Shown piece after piece: positions 17,312 through 26,625 of a DNA stretch of 64,000 bases. Numbering within the stretch: position 1 is the first letter of the stretch; the number at the start of each line of letters is the position of its first letter. The DNA is from an uncultured virus (IMG/VR IMGVR_UViG_3300009177_000003) (Duplodnaviria > Heunggongvirae > Uroviricota > Caudoviricetes). The notes beneath the pieces are model-generated. The model was not told the DNA's origin. It searched no databases and saw nothing but the letters and a program-made list of their open reading frames with translations. The stretch is taken from the IMG/VR virus record IMGVR_UViG_3300009177_000003. One strand, written 5' to 3'. Made by a program: the position numbers and the translations under genes.

Positions 17312-17360
17312 CGGAACCTCCTGGGGAAAGCCGAGGAGCCACTCTCACCCGGCACTCTCT

Positions 17361-17389
17361 ATATAATCCACATGACGAATATCGTCAAG
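17361..17389 (-). promoter_or_regulatory. Promoter with TGAC-N7-GTCA operator
   Basis: CTTGAC-N17-TTATAT; palindrome at 17373-17387. Confidence 0.8.
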
Positions 17390-17417
17390 CGGATTATGCG
17401 GTGATTCGCAGAAAAGT

Positions 17418-17660
17418 TCAGGCGCCCACCGCCGCGTAGTAGCCGGGAGCCTTGACGCTCCCGTATCCGAACTTCGCCTCGCTGCCGGTGAAGAACATGA
17501 TCGCGAACCTGATCCTGGCCACTTCGGCCGTGGTCAGCGTCTTCGGCAGCTTGGCATCGATCGGCATCTTCCAGTTCGGCTTCGGCGCGACGAGGGCGAA
17601 TGCCGCCTCGAGCTCCTCCTGGGTGTAGCCGCCCATCAGGGTGTTGGGGTCGAAGGCCAT
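17418..17660 (-). CDS. Hypothetical protein
   Basis: MAFDPNT..., AAAGGAG RBS, NWKMPI...APGYY. Confidence 0.7.
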   Translation of the reverse strand: MAFDPNTLMGGYTQEELEAAFALVAPKPNWKMPIDAKLPKTLTTAEVARIRFAIMFFTGSEAKFGYGSVKAPGYYAAVGA

Positions 17661-17683
17661 AGCTTTGTCTCCTTTCGAGAGGG

Positions 17684-17914
17684 TCATAGAAGAGGGAGGC
17701 CGGCGACGGCCTCCGCCTCGGTATCGGCCTGCCGGATGATCTCCGGCCCGCCCGTCACCGGGTCAGTGAGGTGGGCGTCCGCGACCAGCCAGCACACGGC
17801 ATCGAACCGAGTGTGGATCGCCCAGACGGCATACCGCCGGTATTCGCCGAACAGCCGCTTCTTGGAAGCGGCCTTGCCGGCCAGGGCGGGGACGTTGGAG
17901 AGGGGAGCAGCCAT
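17684..17914 (-). CDS. Hypothetical protein
   Basis: 76 aa, AGGAGG RBS. Confidence 0.7.
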   Translation of the reverse strand: MAAPLSNVPALAGKAASKKRLFGEYRRYAVWAIHTRFDAVCWLVADAHLTDPVTGGPEIIRQADTEAEAVAGLPLL

Positions 17915-17992
17915 AGAGGCCTCCTAGAGAGGGGTTTCGGTCATCTTGTCTGGGCTGCCGCGCCCGGAACCTCAGTCCTGCCGACACACTCT

Positions 17993-18021
17993 ATATATAA
18001 CACCATACGGGGCACGTCAAG
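17993..18021 (-). promoter_or_regulatory. Promoter (operator half-site degenerate), back to back with the MuF start
   Basis: CTTGAC-N17-ATATAT. Confidence 0.75.
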
Positions 18022-18029
18022 CGAATTAA

Positions 18030-18845
18030 ATGGCTGCGGCGAGAAAAATTCGCACTGGCGGCAAGCCGAAGACGCTCGCAGCGGTGCGGCCGAATGTTGG
18101 GCTCGAGGCGGCATACCGCCGGGCGCTCGACACGCTGGTCGGCGAGATGCACGCCTCGCTCGTCCGCTTCCTGAGCGCGCAGTATCGGCGCCGGCCTCCG
18201 GTGATGGCGCAGGACAGTCCGGCCTCCGACATGGCGGCGGCGATGCGGATCCTGCGGCGGCGGTGGGAATCGCGCTTCGACGAGGCCTCCGACCGGCTGG
18301 CGACCCACTATTCGCGGGCGATCGCGCGGCGCTCCGACGCGAACCTTCGCTCGATCCTCAAGCGGGCAGGGATCGCGGTAGAGTTCAAGATGACGCCCGC
18401 GATGACCGACGTCATGCACGCCACGATCGGCGAGCAGGTCAGCCTGATCCGTTCGATCGCGAGCGAGCACCTGACGCAGGTCGAAGGCCTCGTGATGCGC
18501 AGCGTGCAACAAGGGGGCGATCTGGCGACTCTGACGCGGCAGCTGCAGCATCGGTATGCGGTGACGCGCCATCGCGCAGCGCTGATAGCCCGCGATCAGA
18601 ACTCGAAGGCGGTTGCGGCGATGACGCGAGCTCGTCAGGAGGAGCTCGGCATAACCGAGGCGGTCTGGCTGCACAGTCGTGGCGGACGCGAGCCGCGGCC
18701 AACGCACCTCGCGAACGACGGAGAGAAGTTCGTTGTGAGCGAGGGGTGGTTCGATCCTGACCCCAAGGTGCGGCAGCGGATCTGGCCTGGGCAGCTGATC
18801 AACTGCCGCTGTGTGAGCAAGCCGATAGTGCCGGGATTCACATGA
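18030..18845 (+). CDS. Head morphogenesis protein (MuF / SPP1 gp7 family)
   Basis: RAALIARDQ, WLHS..R.PRPTH, PGQLINCRC. Confidence 0.9.
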   Translation: MAAARKIRTGGKPKTLAAVRPNVGLEAAYRRALDTLVGEMHASLVRFLSAQYRRRPPVMAQDSPASDMAAAMRILRRRWESRFDEASDRLATHYSRAIARRSDANLRSILKRAGIAVEFKMTPAMTDVMHATIGEQVSLIRSIASEHLTQVEGLVMRSVQQGGDLATLTRQLQHRYAVTRHRAALIARDQNSKAVAAMTRARQEELGITEAVWLHSRGGREPRPTHLANDGEKFVVSEGWFDPDPKVRQRIWPGQLINCRCVSKPIVPGFT

Positions 18846-18977
18846 AGAGCTGACGCTGGGGCTGACGGGTTTTCCTCCCCCTCGGAAACCCGGCGTTTGG
18901 CCAAGACGGAACGCGCACACTCGCCCCGATACCAGCGCGCGTTCCGTCGAGGGCTACCGAGCCAACGGAGATGCGCC

Positions 18978-19160
18978 ATGCAGGAAGTCGCGATCGTCTA
19001 TTTCGTGATTGCATGGCTGGCGTGCTGGCTGGTCGATCTGGTCATCATCGTGGCGCGAGGCCCGGTGCTGATCGACCCGATCATCAAGCTGATCATCGTG
19101 CTGATCTGCCTGATCATCGTGCTGCTCAGATTGGCGAAGCACGGCTGGCTGCTGGCATAG
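18978..19160 (+). CDS. Small two-helix membrane protein
   Basis: Two hydrophobic segments; GGAG RBS. Confidence 0.65.
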   Translation: MQEVAIVYFVIAWLACWLVDLVIIVARGPVLIDPIIKLIIVLICLIIVLLRLAKHGWLLA

Positions 19161-19171
19161 GAGAACGACCG

Positions 19172-19333
19172 ATGCTGCTCGTCCTCATCATCATCGTCGT
19201 CCTGCTGCTGTTCGGCGGCGGCGGCTACTACTACGGCAACTCCGCAGGATGGGGGATGCCGCATTATGGTGGCGGTCTCGTCGGACTGATCCTGATCATC
19301 GTGTTGATCCTGTTCCTGTTCGGACGAATATGA
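19172..19333 (+). CDS. DUF3309-like small membrane protein
   Basis: LIIIVVLLLFGGGGYYYG...GGGLVGLILIIVLILFLFGRI; AGGAG RBS. Confidence 0.7.
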   Translation: MLLVLIIIVVLLLFGGGGYYYGNSAGWGMPHYGGGLVGLILIIVLILFLFGRI

Positions 19334-19407
19334 TCCGCCGCCTCACCGGCAGCCCGTTATTCTGGATCGGCGTGCTGCTCGGTTCCTGGATTGTTCTGTC
19401 GAACTGA
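19330..19407 (+). CDS. 25-aa hydrophobic peptide
   Basis: MIRRLTGSPLFWIGVLLGSWIVLSN; ATGA coupling. Confidence 0.4.
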   Translation: MIRRLTGSPLFWIGVLLGSWIVLSN

Positions 19408-19481
19408 CGGCCTGAACCCGGCCGGGTAAGGCCAGACGGTGGTCCTCCGTCCTTACGGGGCCAGGGCGGAGGCATCACCCC

Positions 19482-19934
19482 ATGATTGGTTCGGCGTGGT
19501 CTGACGGCGAGATCAGCCGGCTGGAGAAGATGTGGCTGGCGAAGACTGCCGACGGCAAAGATGAGTTCTCGACGGCAGCAATGGGCCGTGCGTTGGGACG
19601 CTCCAGCAGCTCGATCGTCGGCAAGGCACATCGGATAGGTCTCCCGGGCCGGCCGAACCCGAGCAAGCCACGCGGCGACAAGCCACCGAAGCCAGCGCCG
19701 CAGCCTCGAAAGAGGGTGGCGAGAGCGCCAAAGGTAACGCTCGAGCTCGTGCAGTCACCACCAGAGCCCCCGCCACCACCACCGCGCCGCAGCTCTGCCT
19801 GCTGCTGGCCGCTCGGTCAGCCCGGCACCGAGGCGTTCCGCTTCTGCGAAGGCGCGAGCGAGCCGGGAAAACCCTACTGCCCCGATCACGCAAAGCTGGC
19901 CTACGACCGACGTCCGGTGCGTCAGTTGGCCTGA
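19482..19934 (+). CDS. gcrA: GcrA-family cell-cycle regulator
   Basis: WSD..I..L.KMW, IVGKAHRIGL, CCWPLGQPG..FRFC, PYCPDH..LAY. Confidence 0.9.
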   Translation: MIGSAWSDGEISRLEKMWLAKTADGKDEFSTAAMGRALGRSSSSIVGKAHRIGLPGRPNPSKPRGDKPPKPAPQPRKRVARAPKVTLELVQSPPEPPPPPPRRSSACCWPLGQPGTEAFRFCEGASEPGKPYCPDHAKLAYDRRPVRQLA

Positions 19935-19944
19935 GAGGCACGCC

Positions 19945-21906
19945 ATGCCGCTCGATGATCTGCATCGCGTGCTCGGCGATCTGCTGGGCTACGAGCACTG
20001 GTGGCAGGCCACCTCTCCCGCCAGAGATCAGGCGATCAATGCGGCCGGGCTGGCGATGCGCAAGCCGGATGGGCGCGTGCTGTTCGTGCGCCACGGCCAG
20101 CGCGGCACCTGGGAATTCCCTGGCGGCATGATCGAGCCGGGCGAGGCGCCAGAACAGGCAGCGCAGCGCGAAGCGATCGAGGAAGCCGGCGCACCTGAAG
20201 GCTTGGCACTTACGCCAGCCGCGGAGATCGACAGCAACGGCGTGCACTACACGCTGCTCATTGCCGGGGTGCCGGAAGACTTCGTGCCGTCGCTGGCTGA
20301 CGGCGAGCTCGTCGACTGGCTTTGGGCATCGCCAGAGTCCCCACCAGACCCGTTGCACCCCGGCCTCCCCGAGGCGCTCGGCTGTCTCGCGCAGGATCGA
20401 CAGACCATCGCCCAGGACGCGGAGCTCGCTTTCGACCGCAGCGTCCGGACCTATGACCAGAACGGCCACCTCAACGTCGCGCTCGCACCGATCAGCAAGG
20501 CGACCGTCAACGAATACTACGGCCACGAGATCCCCGACGCAGACAAGCTCGGGCTCGACCCCGAGCGTCGCTATCGCCTCTACCGCGATCCCGAAGAGCT
20601 CGCGAAGGCGGCCAGCACGTTCGACGGCAAGCCGATCCTACTCAAGCACCAGCCGGTCAGCGCCGACGCGCACCCGCGCGACCTGACCGTCGGATCGATC
20701 GGCAGCGGCGCCCGCTTCGAGCATCCATATCTGCTCGCTCCGCTGTCGTTCTGGGACCGGGACGCCATCCAAGGCATCGAGCGCGAGGATCGCAAGCAAC
20801 TCTCTGCCGCATATCGCTACCGCGCCGACATGACGCCCGGCACGGCCGACGGACAGCGCTACGACGGCGTCATGCGTGACATCGCCGGCAACCACCTTGC
20901 CTTGGTCCCAGAGGGAAGGGCCGGAGCGGATGTCGTTGTGGGTGACAGCAAACCGAAGGAGACACACATGCCCGCAGCCAAGCCCGCGGCGGCCAAGGTG
21001 CAGATGTCGCGTCAGGCGTTGTTCCTGAGTGGTGTCTGCACAGCCTACGCGCTGCCGAAACTGGCCACCGACCAGAAGATGCCGGACCTGCGCCCGCTGT
21101 TGAAGGGCGTGACCCACAAGACGTGGAAAGACAAGCGCACAGCGTTCGAGGCCGAGTTCGGCAAGACGCTGAAGCCGCGTCTCGCGCAGGACGCTTCGAT
21201 GGAAGACTTCCATAGCTTCCTCGACGGCTTCAGCAACGGCGGAGAGGGCGCCGCGCCAGCGTCCGCGGAAGAGCTGGCCGACGATCCGTTGAAGCCGAAG
21301 ACCGCCGACGCCGAGCCGTTCGCCGGCGAAGAGACGCCCGACGAAGAGCTGCTCGAGGCGGATACGCCAGCGGGCAAGCTGATGAAGTTCCTGCAATCGG
21401 TCCTCACTCCCGAAGAGCTCGCCCAGGCCAAAGCGATCGCCCAGGGCAATGGCGAGGAAGCCTCGCCGGCGCCGCCCGACAACGGAGAGCAGCCGCCGAG
21501 TGAAGACCAAGGCAACCCGGAGATCGATGACATGCAGCGTCGCCGCGAAGGTGAGCAGAACGAGAAGCCGCCAATCACCAAGCCGGCGATGGACGCAGCA
21601 ATCGCCGCGGCGGTGAAAGCCGAGCGTGAGCGCTCGCTTGCTGTGCGGGATGCCGAGGAAGCCGTCCGGCCGTGGATCGGCAAGCTGGCGATCGCCCAGG
21701 ACAGCGCCGAGGCGATCTACAAGCTGGCGCTCGACAGCCTCGGCATCGACATCACCGACGTCCATCCATCGGCTTACAAGACGATTCTGCTGCGTGAGCC
21801 GAAGCCCGGCGAGCGACAGAGGACCGAGGTCGTCGCGATGGATGCAGCGCAGAGCAAGGAGTTTGCCGAGCGCTATCCCGGCGCGCTGTCGCTGAAGCGC
21901 GCCTAA
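19945..21906 (+). CDS. NUDIX hydrolase fused to DUF2213-type prohead protease/scaffold
   Basis: NUDIX box [23 protein letters not shown]; then [29 protein letters not shown]; acidic scaffold tail. Confidence 0.9.
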   Translation: MPLDDLHRVLGDLLGYEHWWQATSPARDQAINAAGLAMRKPDGRVLFVRHGQRGTWEFPGGMIEPGEAPEQAAQREAIEEAGAPEGLALTPAAEIDSNGVHYTLLIAGVPEDFVPSLADGELVDWLWASPESPPDPLHPGLPEALGCLAQDRQTIAQDAELAFDRSVRTYDQNGHLNVALAPISKATVNEYYGHEIPDADKLGLDPERRYRLYRDPEELAKAASTFDGKPILLKHQPVSADAHPRDLTVGSIGSGARFEHPYLLAPLSFWDRDAIQGIEREDRKQLSAAYRYRADMTPGTADGQRYDGVMRDIAGNHLALVPEGRAGADVVVGDSKPKETHMPAAKPAAAKVQMSRQALFLSGVCTAYALPKLATDQKMPDLRPLLKGVTHKTWKDKRTAFEAEFGKTLKPRLAQDASMEDFHSFLDGFSNGGEGAAPASAEELADDPLKPKTADAEPFAGEETPDEELLEADTPAGKLMKFLQSVLTPEELAQAKAIAQGNGEEASPAPPDNGEQPPSEDQGNPEIDDMQRRREGEQNEKPPITKPAMDAAIAAAVKAERERSLAVRDAEEAVRPWIGKLAIAQDSAEAIYKLALDSLGIDITDVHPSAYKTILLREPKPGERQRTEVVAMDAAQSKEFAERYPGALSLKRA

Positions 21907-21931
21907 ACCCGCAGCAAAGGAGGGCAGAACA

Positions 21932-22873
21932 ATGCCATTCCCGTCAGTTGTGAATGTGCAGCCGGCGCCCGCAGTCGCGGGTGATTTTGCCAGCGCAAAT
22001 CCAAGGTGGAACGTGTTGGCCGGCCCCGGCGCACTCGTGTGCGGCGCCGCCGGTGTCACCATCGGCCGCTTCGCATGGGTCGATCTGGCCGACGCGCGCA
22101 CGGTGTCGAACCAGGGCAACGGCGCCGTGCCGGACGGCTTCGTGCACCGCGAAGGTCAGGCACTCATTACCGCCTACCTCGCCGAGGCCTCCAACGTCGT
22201 GCCGGCGGGCTTCGAGATCACGCTGATGTCCGGCGGCGATTTCTGGGTGACGAACGACGGCGCAGCTCAGGCGTTGCGCGGGCAGAAGGCCTTCGCGGCG
22301 TTTGCTGACGGTCGTGTCAGCTTCGCGGCCGCGGGCACAACGGCGGGCGCGGCAGCGTCGTCCACGGGCTCGATCGCAGCGGCCACCGCTTCGGTCACCG
22401 GCTCGATCGGCGGGCCGAACGGCAACACGCTCAACGTCACTGCCGTCTCGTCGGGCACCCTGGTGCCGGGCGGCGCGATCAGCGGCACCGGCATTGCGGC
22501 CGGAACCAAGATCGTCGCGCAGCTGAGCGGCACGCCGGGCGGCATCGGCAGCTACTCGGTGAACATCCCGAACCAGCTGGTGACGAGCACCACGGTCAGC
22601 GAGACCTACGGGGTGCTGACCGTGACTGCGGTCGGCACGGGCGCGCTCGGTGTCGGCGATCCGATCTCCGGATCGGGCGTCACGGCAGGCTCGCGCATCA
22701 CCGCGCAGCTGACCGGCGGCGCGGGCGGAGTCGGCACCTATGCGGTCGATCCGTCGCAGACCGCGGCGAGCACCACGATCACCGTCGCCGGCGGCATCGA
22801 AACCAAGTGGGTGTGTGAGTCCCCAGGGATGCCGGGCGAGCTGGTGAAGATCACCAGCCACATCCGCGGCTGA
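21932..22873 (+). CDS. Head decoration/cement protein
   Basis: Between protease and capsid; [27 protein letters not shown]. Confidence 0.75.
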   Translation: MPFPSVVNVQPAPAVAGDFASANPRWNVLAGPGALVCGAAGVTIGRFAWVDLADARTVSNQGNGAVPDGFVHREGQALITAYLAEASNVVPAGFEITLMSGGDFWVTNDGAAQALRGQKAFAAFADGRVSFAAAGTTAGAAASSTGSIAAATASVTGSIGGPNGNTLNVTAVSSGTLVPGGAISGTGIAAGTKIVAQLSGTPGGIGSYSVNIPNQLVTSTTVSETYGVLTVTAVGTGALGVGDPISGSGVTAGSRITAQLTGGAGGVGTYAVDPSQTAASTTITVAGGIETKWVCESPGMPGELVKITSHIRG

Positions 22874-22899
22874 GCCCGGGCGAAGGGAGAAAAGCATCA

Positions 22900-23997
22900 A
22901 TGTCATACGTCGATCCTAACTTCGCCCGCGACTATGCGCGTCTGCAGCGGTCGCACGGCATCCACCTCCACGGCGCACAGGCCTACATCGAAGAGGCGTG
23001 GAAGAACGGCGATGACGGATTCAAGCTCGCGATGGACGCCCAGCCAGGGCTGGTCTCCACGAGCTCGGCCGGCATTCCCGCGTTCCTGACGACGATCGTC
23101 GACCCGTCGGTCTTCAAGGTTCTCACCACGCCGAACAAAGCCGCCGAGATCTTCGGCGAGGCCAAGAAAGGTTCATGGCTCGACGAGACCGCCATGTTCC
23201 CCATGGTCGAGCGGACCGGTGAAGTGTCGTCCTACGGCGACTACAACAACAACGGCCACGCCGGCGCCAACGTCAGCTTTCCGCAGAGGCAGGCTTATCT
23301 TTTTCAAACCGTGGTCGAATACGGCGAGCGCGAGATGGAGCGCATGGGCCTCGCGCGCGTGTCCTGGGCGGCGACGCTGCAGGAAGCGGCCGTGCTCGTG
23401 CTCGACAAGTTCCTCAACCTCACATACTTCCGTGGTGTTCAGGGCCTGCAGAACTACGGGCTGCAGAACGACCCGGGGCTACTCCCGTCGGCGACGGCGA
23501 GCGTCAAGGCAGCGGGCGGCACCGCGTGGGTATTGCCGACCGGCGTGGTGAACGGCACCGCCAACGAGATCTACGCCGACATCCAGACGCTCGTGGCGCT
23601 GTTGGTCGCGCAGTCGAACGGGCTGGTCGAAGAGACCGACGAGATGACCCTGGCGATGGCGCCGCTCACCCATGTCGGGCTGAGCGCCACCAACCAGTTC
23701 GGCATCAACGTCGGCGACCTGCTGAAGAAGAACTTCCCGAATCTGACGGTGAAGACGGCGGTGCAGTACGGCGCGGTCACCGCCACCAACCCGCAGGGGC
23801 TCGCTTCGGGCGGTATGATCCAGCTCATCGCCACAAAGATCGAAGGGCAGGACACGGGTTATTGCTCGTTCAATGAAAAATTGCGCACGCATCCGGTGGT
23901 GCGCGATCTGTCGAGCTTCAAGCAGAAGCAGACCTCGGGCACCTGGGGCGCGATCATCCGGCAGCCTTATGCCATTTCCTCGATGATCGGTGCCTGA
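22900..23997 (+). CDS. Major capsid protein (DUF2184-type)
   Basis: 365 aa; GEVSSYGDY, QNYGLQNDP, SGTWGAII; position in the head module. Confidence 0.9.
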   Translation: MSYVDPNFARDYARLQRSHGIHLHGAQAYIEEAWKNGDDGFKLAMDAQPGLVSTSSAGIPAFLTTIVDPSVFKVLTTPNKAAEIFGEAKKGSWLDETAMFPMVERTGEVSSYGDYNNNGHAGANVSFPQRQAYLFQTVVEYGEREMERMGLARVSWAATLQEAAVLVLDKFLNLTYFRGVQGLQNYGLQNDPGLLPSATASVKAAGGTAWVLPTGVVNGTANEIYADIQTLVALLVAQSNGLVEETDEMTLAMAPLTHVGLSATNQFGINVGDLLKKNFPNLTVKTAVQYGAVTATNPQGLASGGMIQLIATKIEGQDTGYCSFNEKLRTHPVVRDLSSFKQKQTSGTWGAIIRQPYAISSMIGA

Positions 23998-23999
23998 CC

Positions 24000-24470
24000 A
24001 TGGCGGGCACTGTTGTCGTCGCCTGCAAGCATCCGAACGGCATGATCCTTCGCCTCTTCGATATGGTGAAGGTGATGTACGACGTGCAGGGCGGCGGAAA
24101 GCGCGAGGTCGAGGAAGCGCGCGAGCGTCCGGGCAGCAAGCACGTTGTCATCAACGGCCCGGCCACACCGTTCGGTGGTCGACCGAAGGGGCCGATCGAG
24201 GGCGGCTATGTGCTGACCTTCGGCGTCGATGCAGAGTTCTTCGCCGAGTGGATGAAGCAGCACAAGGACACCGACTACGTCAAAAACCAGATCATCAAGG
24301 GCTACAACAAAGAGGCTGACGCGGTCGTTGAGTCACGCAAGCTCGAGTCGGTAAAGACGGGCCTCGAGCCGATCGATCCGAATCGCCCTCCGGCCGAGTT
24401 CGCGCGCCGTCGTCAGGTCGGTGATGGCGCGTCCTATTCGGCGATCACGCCTGATACCGGCGCGCTCTGA
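24000..24470 (+). CDS. Head-associated hypothetical protein
   Basis: VACKHPNG...TGLEPIDP, immediately after the capsid gene. Confidence 0.7.
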   Translation: MAGTVVVACKHPNGMILRLFDMVKVMYDVQGGGKREVEEARERPGSKHVVINGPATPFGGRPKGPIEGGYVLTFGVDAEFFAEWMKQHKDTDYVKNQIIKGYNKEADAVVESRKLESVKTGLEPIDPNRPPAEFARRRQVGDGASYSAITPDTGAL

Positions 24471-24958
24471 TGTCGGAGACGATCCCACCGCCGGCCGGTG
24501 TCGTCGTCTTCGACTATGCCGGCTGGAAAGCGCGCTTTCCGGAGTTCGCGCCGGGGCCGGACGCGTCGCTGGCGCAGCTCTACTTCAACGACGCGGGCAT
24601 TTTCCTCGACAACACGGCCGCCTCGCAGGTGGCGGACCTGACGCAGCGCGAGCAGCTTCTGTGGCTGCTCACCGCGCACATCGCCAAGCTGAGCGGCTGG
24701 CCGGCAGCAGCCACGGGAGGTTCGGGGCTGGTCGGCCCGATCACCTCGGCGACTGAGGGCTCGGTATCGGTCAGCGTCGCGCAGCTCGCCGGAGCGAACG
24801 CCACGGCACTGCAGGCGTGGCTGTCGCAGACGCAATACGGCGCGATGTTCTACGCAATGACGACCGCCTATCGAATGGCGCGGTATTACCCGGGACGGCA
24901 GCCCTATCTCGGGGTGGGGCCGAGGTTCATCGGTCGCGGAAGCTGGTACGGCTGGTAG
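24470..24958 (+). CDS. Head-tail connector (DUF4054-type)
   Basis: FPEF, LLTAHIA, SATEGSVSVS, QTQYG. Confidence 0.85.
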   Translation: MSETIPPPAGVVVFDYAGWKARFPEFAPGPDASLAQLYFNDAGIFLDNTAASQVADLTQREQLLWLLTAHIAKLSGWPAAATGGSGLVGPITSATEGSVSVSVAQLAGANATALQAWLSQTQYGAMFYAMTTAYRMARYYPGRQPYLGVGPRFIGRGSWYGW

Positions 24959-25420
24959 ATGCCGGTCAGCGTCAGGGGCGGCGACAAGTTCGAGGCGCGT
25001 CTCAAGCAGATCGCCGAACGCCTGGGAGCCAACCCAACGGTGAGCGTGGGCTTTCCCGAGGGCAGCACCTACCCCGACGGCACCTCGCTGCCGCTGGTCG
25101 CAGCGATCAATGAGTTCGGCGCCCCCTCACGCGGGCAGCCGCCGCGGCCGTTCATGCGGAACACGGTCGCGGCGCACGGCAGGGAGTGGCCGAAGGCAGC
25201 GGCGAACCTGCTGAAAGCCAATGACTACGACGCGCACAAGACGCTGGCGCTCGTGGGCGAGGGCATCAAAGGGCAGTTGCAGGAAACCATCCATAGCGGC
25301 GTCCCGCCCCCTCTCGCGCCATCGACGGCACTTCGCAAAGGCTCCGCGCAGACGCTGATCGATACCGGCTTCATGTGGCAGCACATCGCTGTCTGGGTCG
25401 ACGATGGAGATAGCGGATGA
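24959..25420 (+). CDS. Neck/virion morphogenesis protein
   Basis: NEFG...PPRPFMR...LAPST..RKG...LIDTG. Confidence 0.8.
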   Translation: MPVSVRGGDKFEARLKQIAERLGANPTVSVGFPEGSTYPDGTSLPLVAAINEFGAPSRGQPPRPFMRNTVAAHGREWPKAAANLLKANDYDAHKTLALVGEGIKGQLQETIHSGVPPPLAPSTALRKGSAQTLIDTGFMWQHIAVWVDDGDSG

Positions 25421-25971
25421 GCAACGTCAACGTTGACCGGATCGGCCTGCTTGCCTCGGGCGACACCCTGATATTCCCGTTGCGGGAACAGCTCGCAGTC
25501 GTCCGCGACGAGATCACCGAGCTGCAGGACAGCGACGCCGGACACTTCGGCATCGCAGCCTTCTATTTCGGATCTCTCAGCGGAGCGATGCAGACGGACG
25601 GCGCGTGGCATACGGTCACCACCTCCGGCGGCGGCATGACAGGCGATCAGTCGGTCGCATCGGCCAGCAACAGCGGACTGACGCTTGCCGTCGATTGTCT
25701 GGTGCAGGTCAAGGTGTGGGTCGAGTGTCAGGCGGCCGGCTCGGGCGCCGAGCGCGTTGCGATCCAGCTCGACGAGACCGCCTACATCACGACCAACGGC
25801 GTCCGCGTCCGCGGTCAGATCCAACTGCTGCCGAACCAGACCACGATGTTCGCAGCCTATGACGGCTGGCTGTCGGCGGGCGCGATCCTGAACGTGGTCA
25901 GCGCGAGCACGATCGACAACACGATCCAGCCGACCAGCTACGTCACCGTCATCCTCACGCCGGTCAGCTGA
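25417..25971 (+). CDS. Hypothetical beta-rich structural protein
   Basis: 184 aa, coupled within the neck cluster. Confidence 0.65.
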   Translation: MSNVNVDRIGLLASGDTLIFPLREQLAVVRDEITELQDSDAGHFGIAAFYFGSLSGAMQTDGAWHTVTTSGGGMTGDQSVASASNSGLTLAVDCLVQVKVWVECQAAGSGAERVAIQLDETAYITTNGVRVRGQIQLLPNQTTMFAAYDGWLSAGAILNVVSASTIDNTIQPTSYVTVILTPVS

Positions 25972-25972
25972 G

Positions 25973-26362
25973 ATGAACCTGTTCGGCATCGCCCATAGCG
26001 CCGTCGCGGTCATCAACCCCCACCGCTACGCGACGATCAAGCGCAGCAACGGCTACACCGTCGATGCGACCGGGCGACAGGTGCCCGCCTACATCACCGT
26101 GCCGAACGTGCTGGTGCAGGTGCAGGCGCTGTCGAACGACGAGCTGCACATGCTCGAAGGACTGAACCTCCAGGGCAACAAATGCGCCGTCTACCTCTAC
26201 GGCGATTTCGCCGGACTGGTGCGCAAGACCGGCCAGGGCGGCGACCTGTTCATCCTCGACGGTGCGACGTGGCTCGCGACGATCGTGCTCGAGAACTGGG
26301 GCGCGCCTGACTGCCCCGACGGCTGGGTGAAGCTCGCGCTGACGCAGCAGACCGACCGATGA
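25973..26362 (+). CDS. Head closure/adaptor protein
   Basis: VQVQAL...LNLQG...GGDL...ENW. Confidence 0.75.
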   Translation: MNLFGIAHSAVAVINPHRYATIKRSNGYTVDATGRQVPAYITVPNVLVQVQALSNDELHMLEGLNLQGNKCAVYLYGDFAGLVRKTGQGGDLFILDGATWLATIVLENWGAPDCPDGWVKLALTQQTDR

Positions 26363-26625
26363 GCCATCGGGTGACGATTGCCATGTTGCGCACGTTGCAG
26401 CGCATGGCGGTGCAGGGCGTTCCGGTCCATGAGGCAGCGCGCCGGACCGGCGAGAAGAACGACTTCGTCAAATACTGGGCACGCACGCAGCGCATCCGGT
26501 TCATGCCGATGCAGAATCGTGGGCTGCCGGCGTGGTTGATCCCGGAAGCGTCGCGGCAGGCCGAGGCCGCGCTGCGGGCATCGTTGCAGCGCGTCAGAGA
26601 CATCATGGAAGGACGCACGCTATGA
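26359..26625 (+). CDS. Small HTH-like protein
   Basis: GVPVHEAARRTGEKNDFVKYW; coupled on both sides. Confidence 0.5.
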   Translation: MSHRVTIAMLRTLQRMAVQGVPVHEAARRTGEKNDFVKYWARTQRIRFMPMQNRGLPAWLIPEASRQAEAALRASLQRVRDIMEGRTL

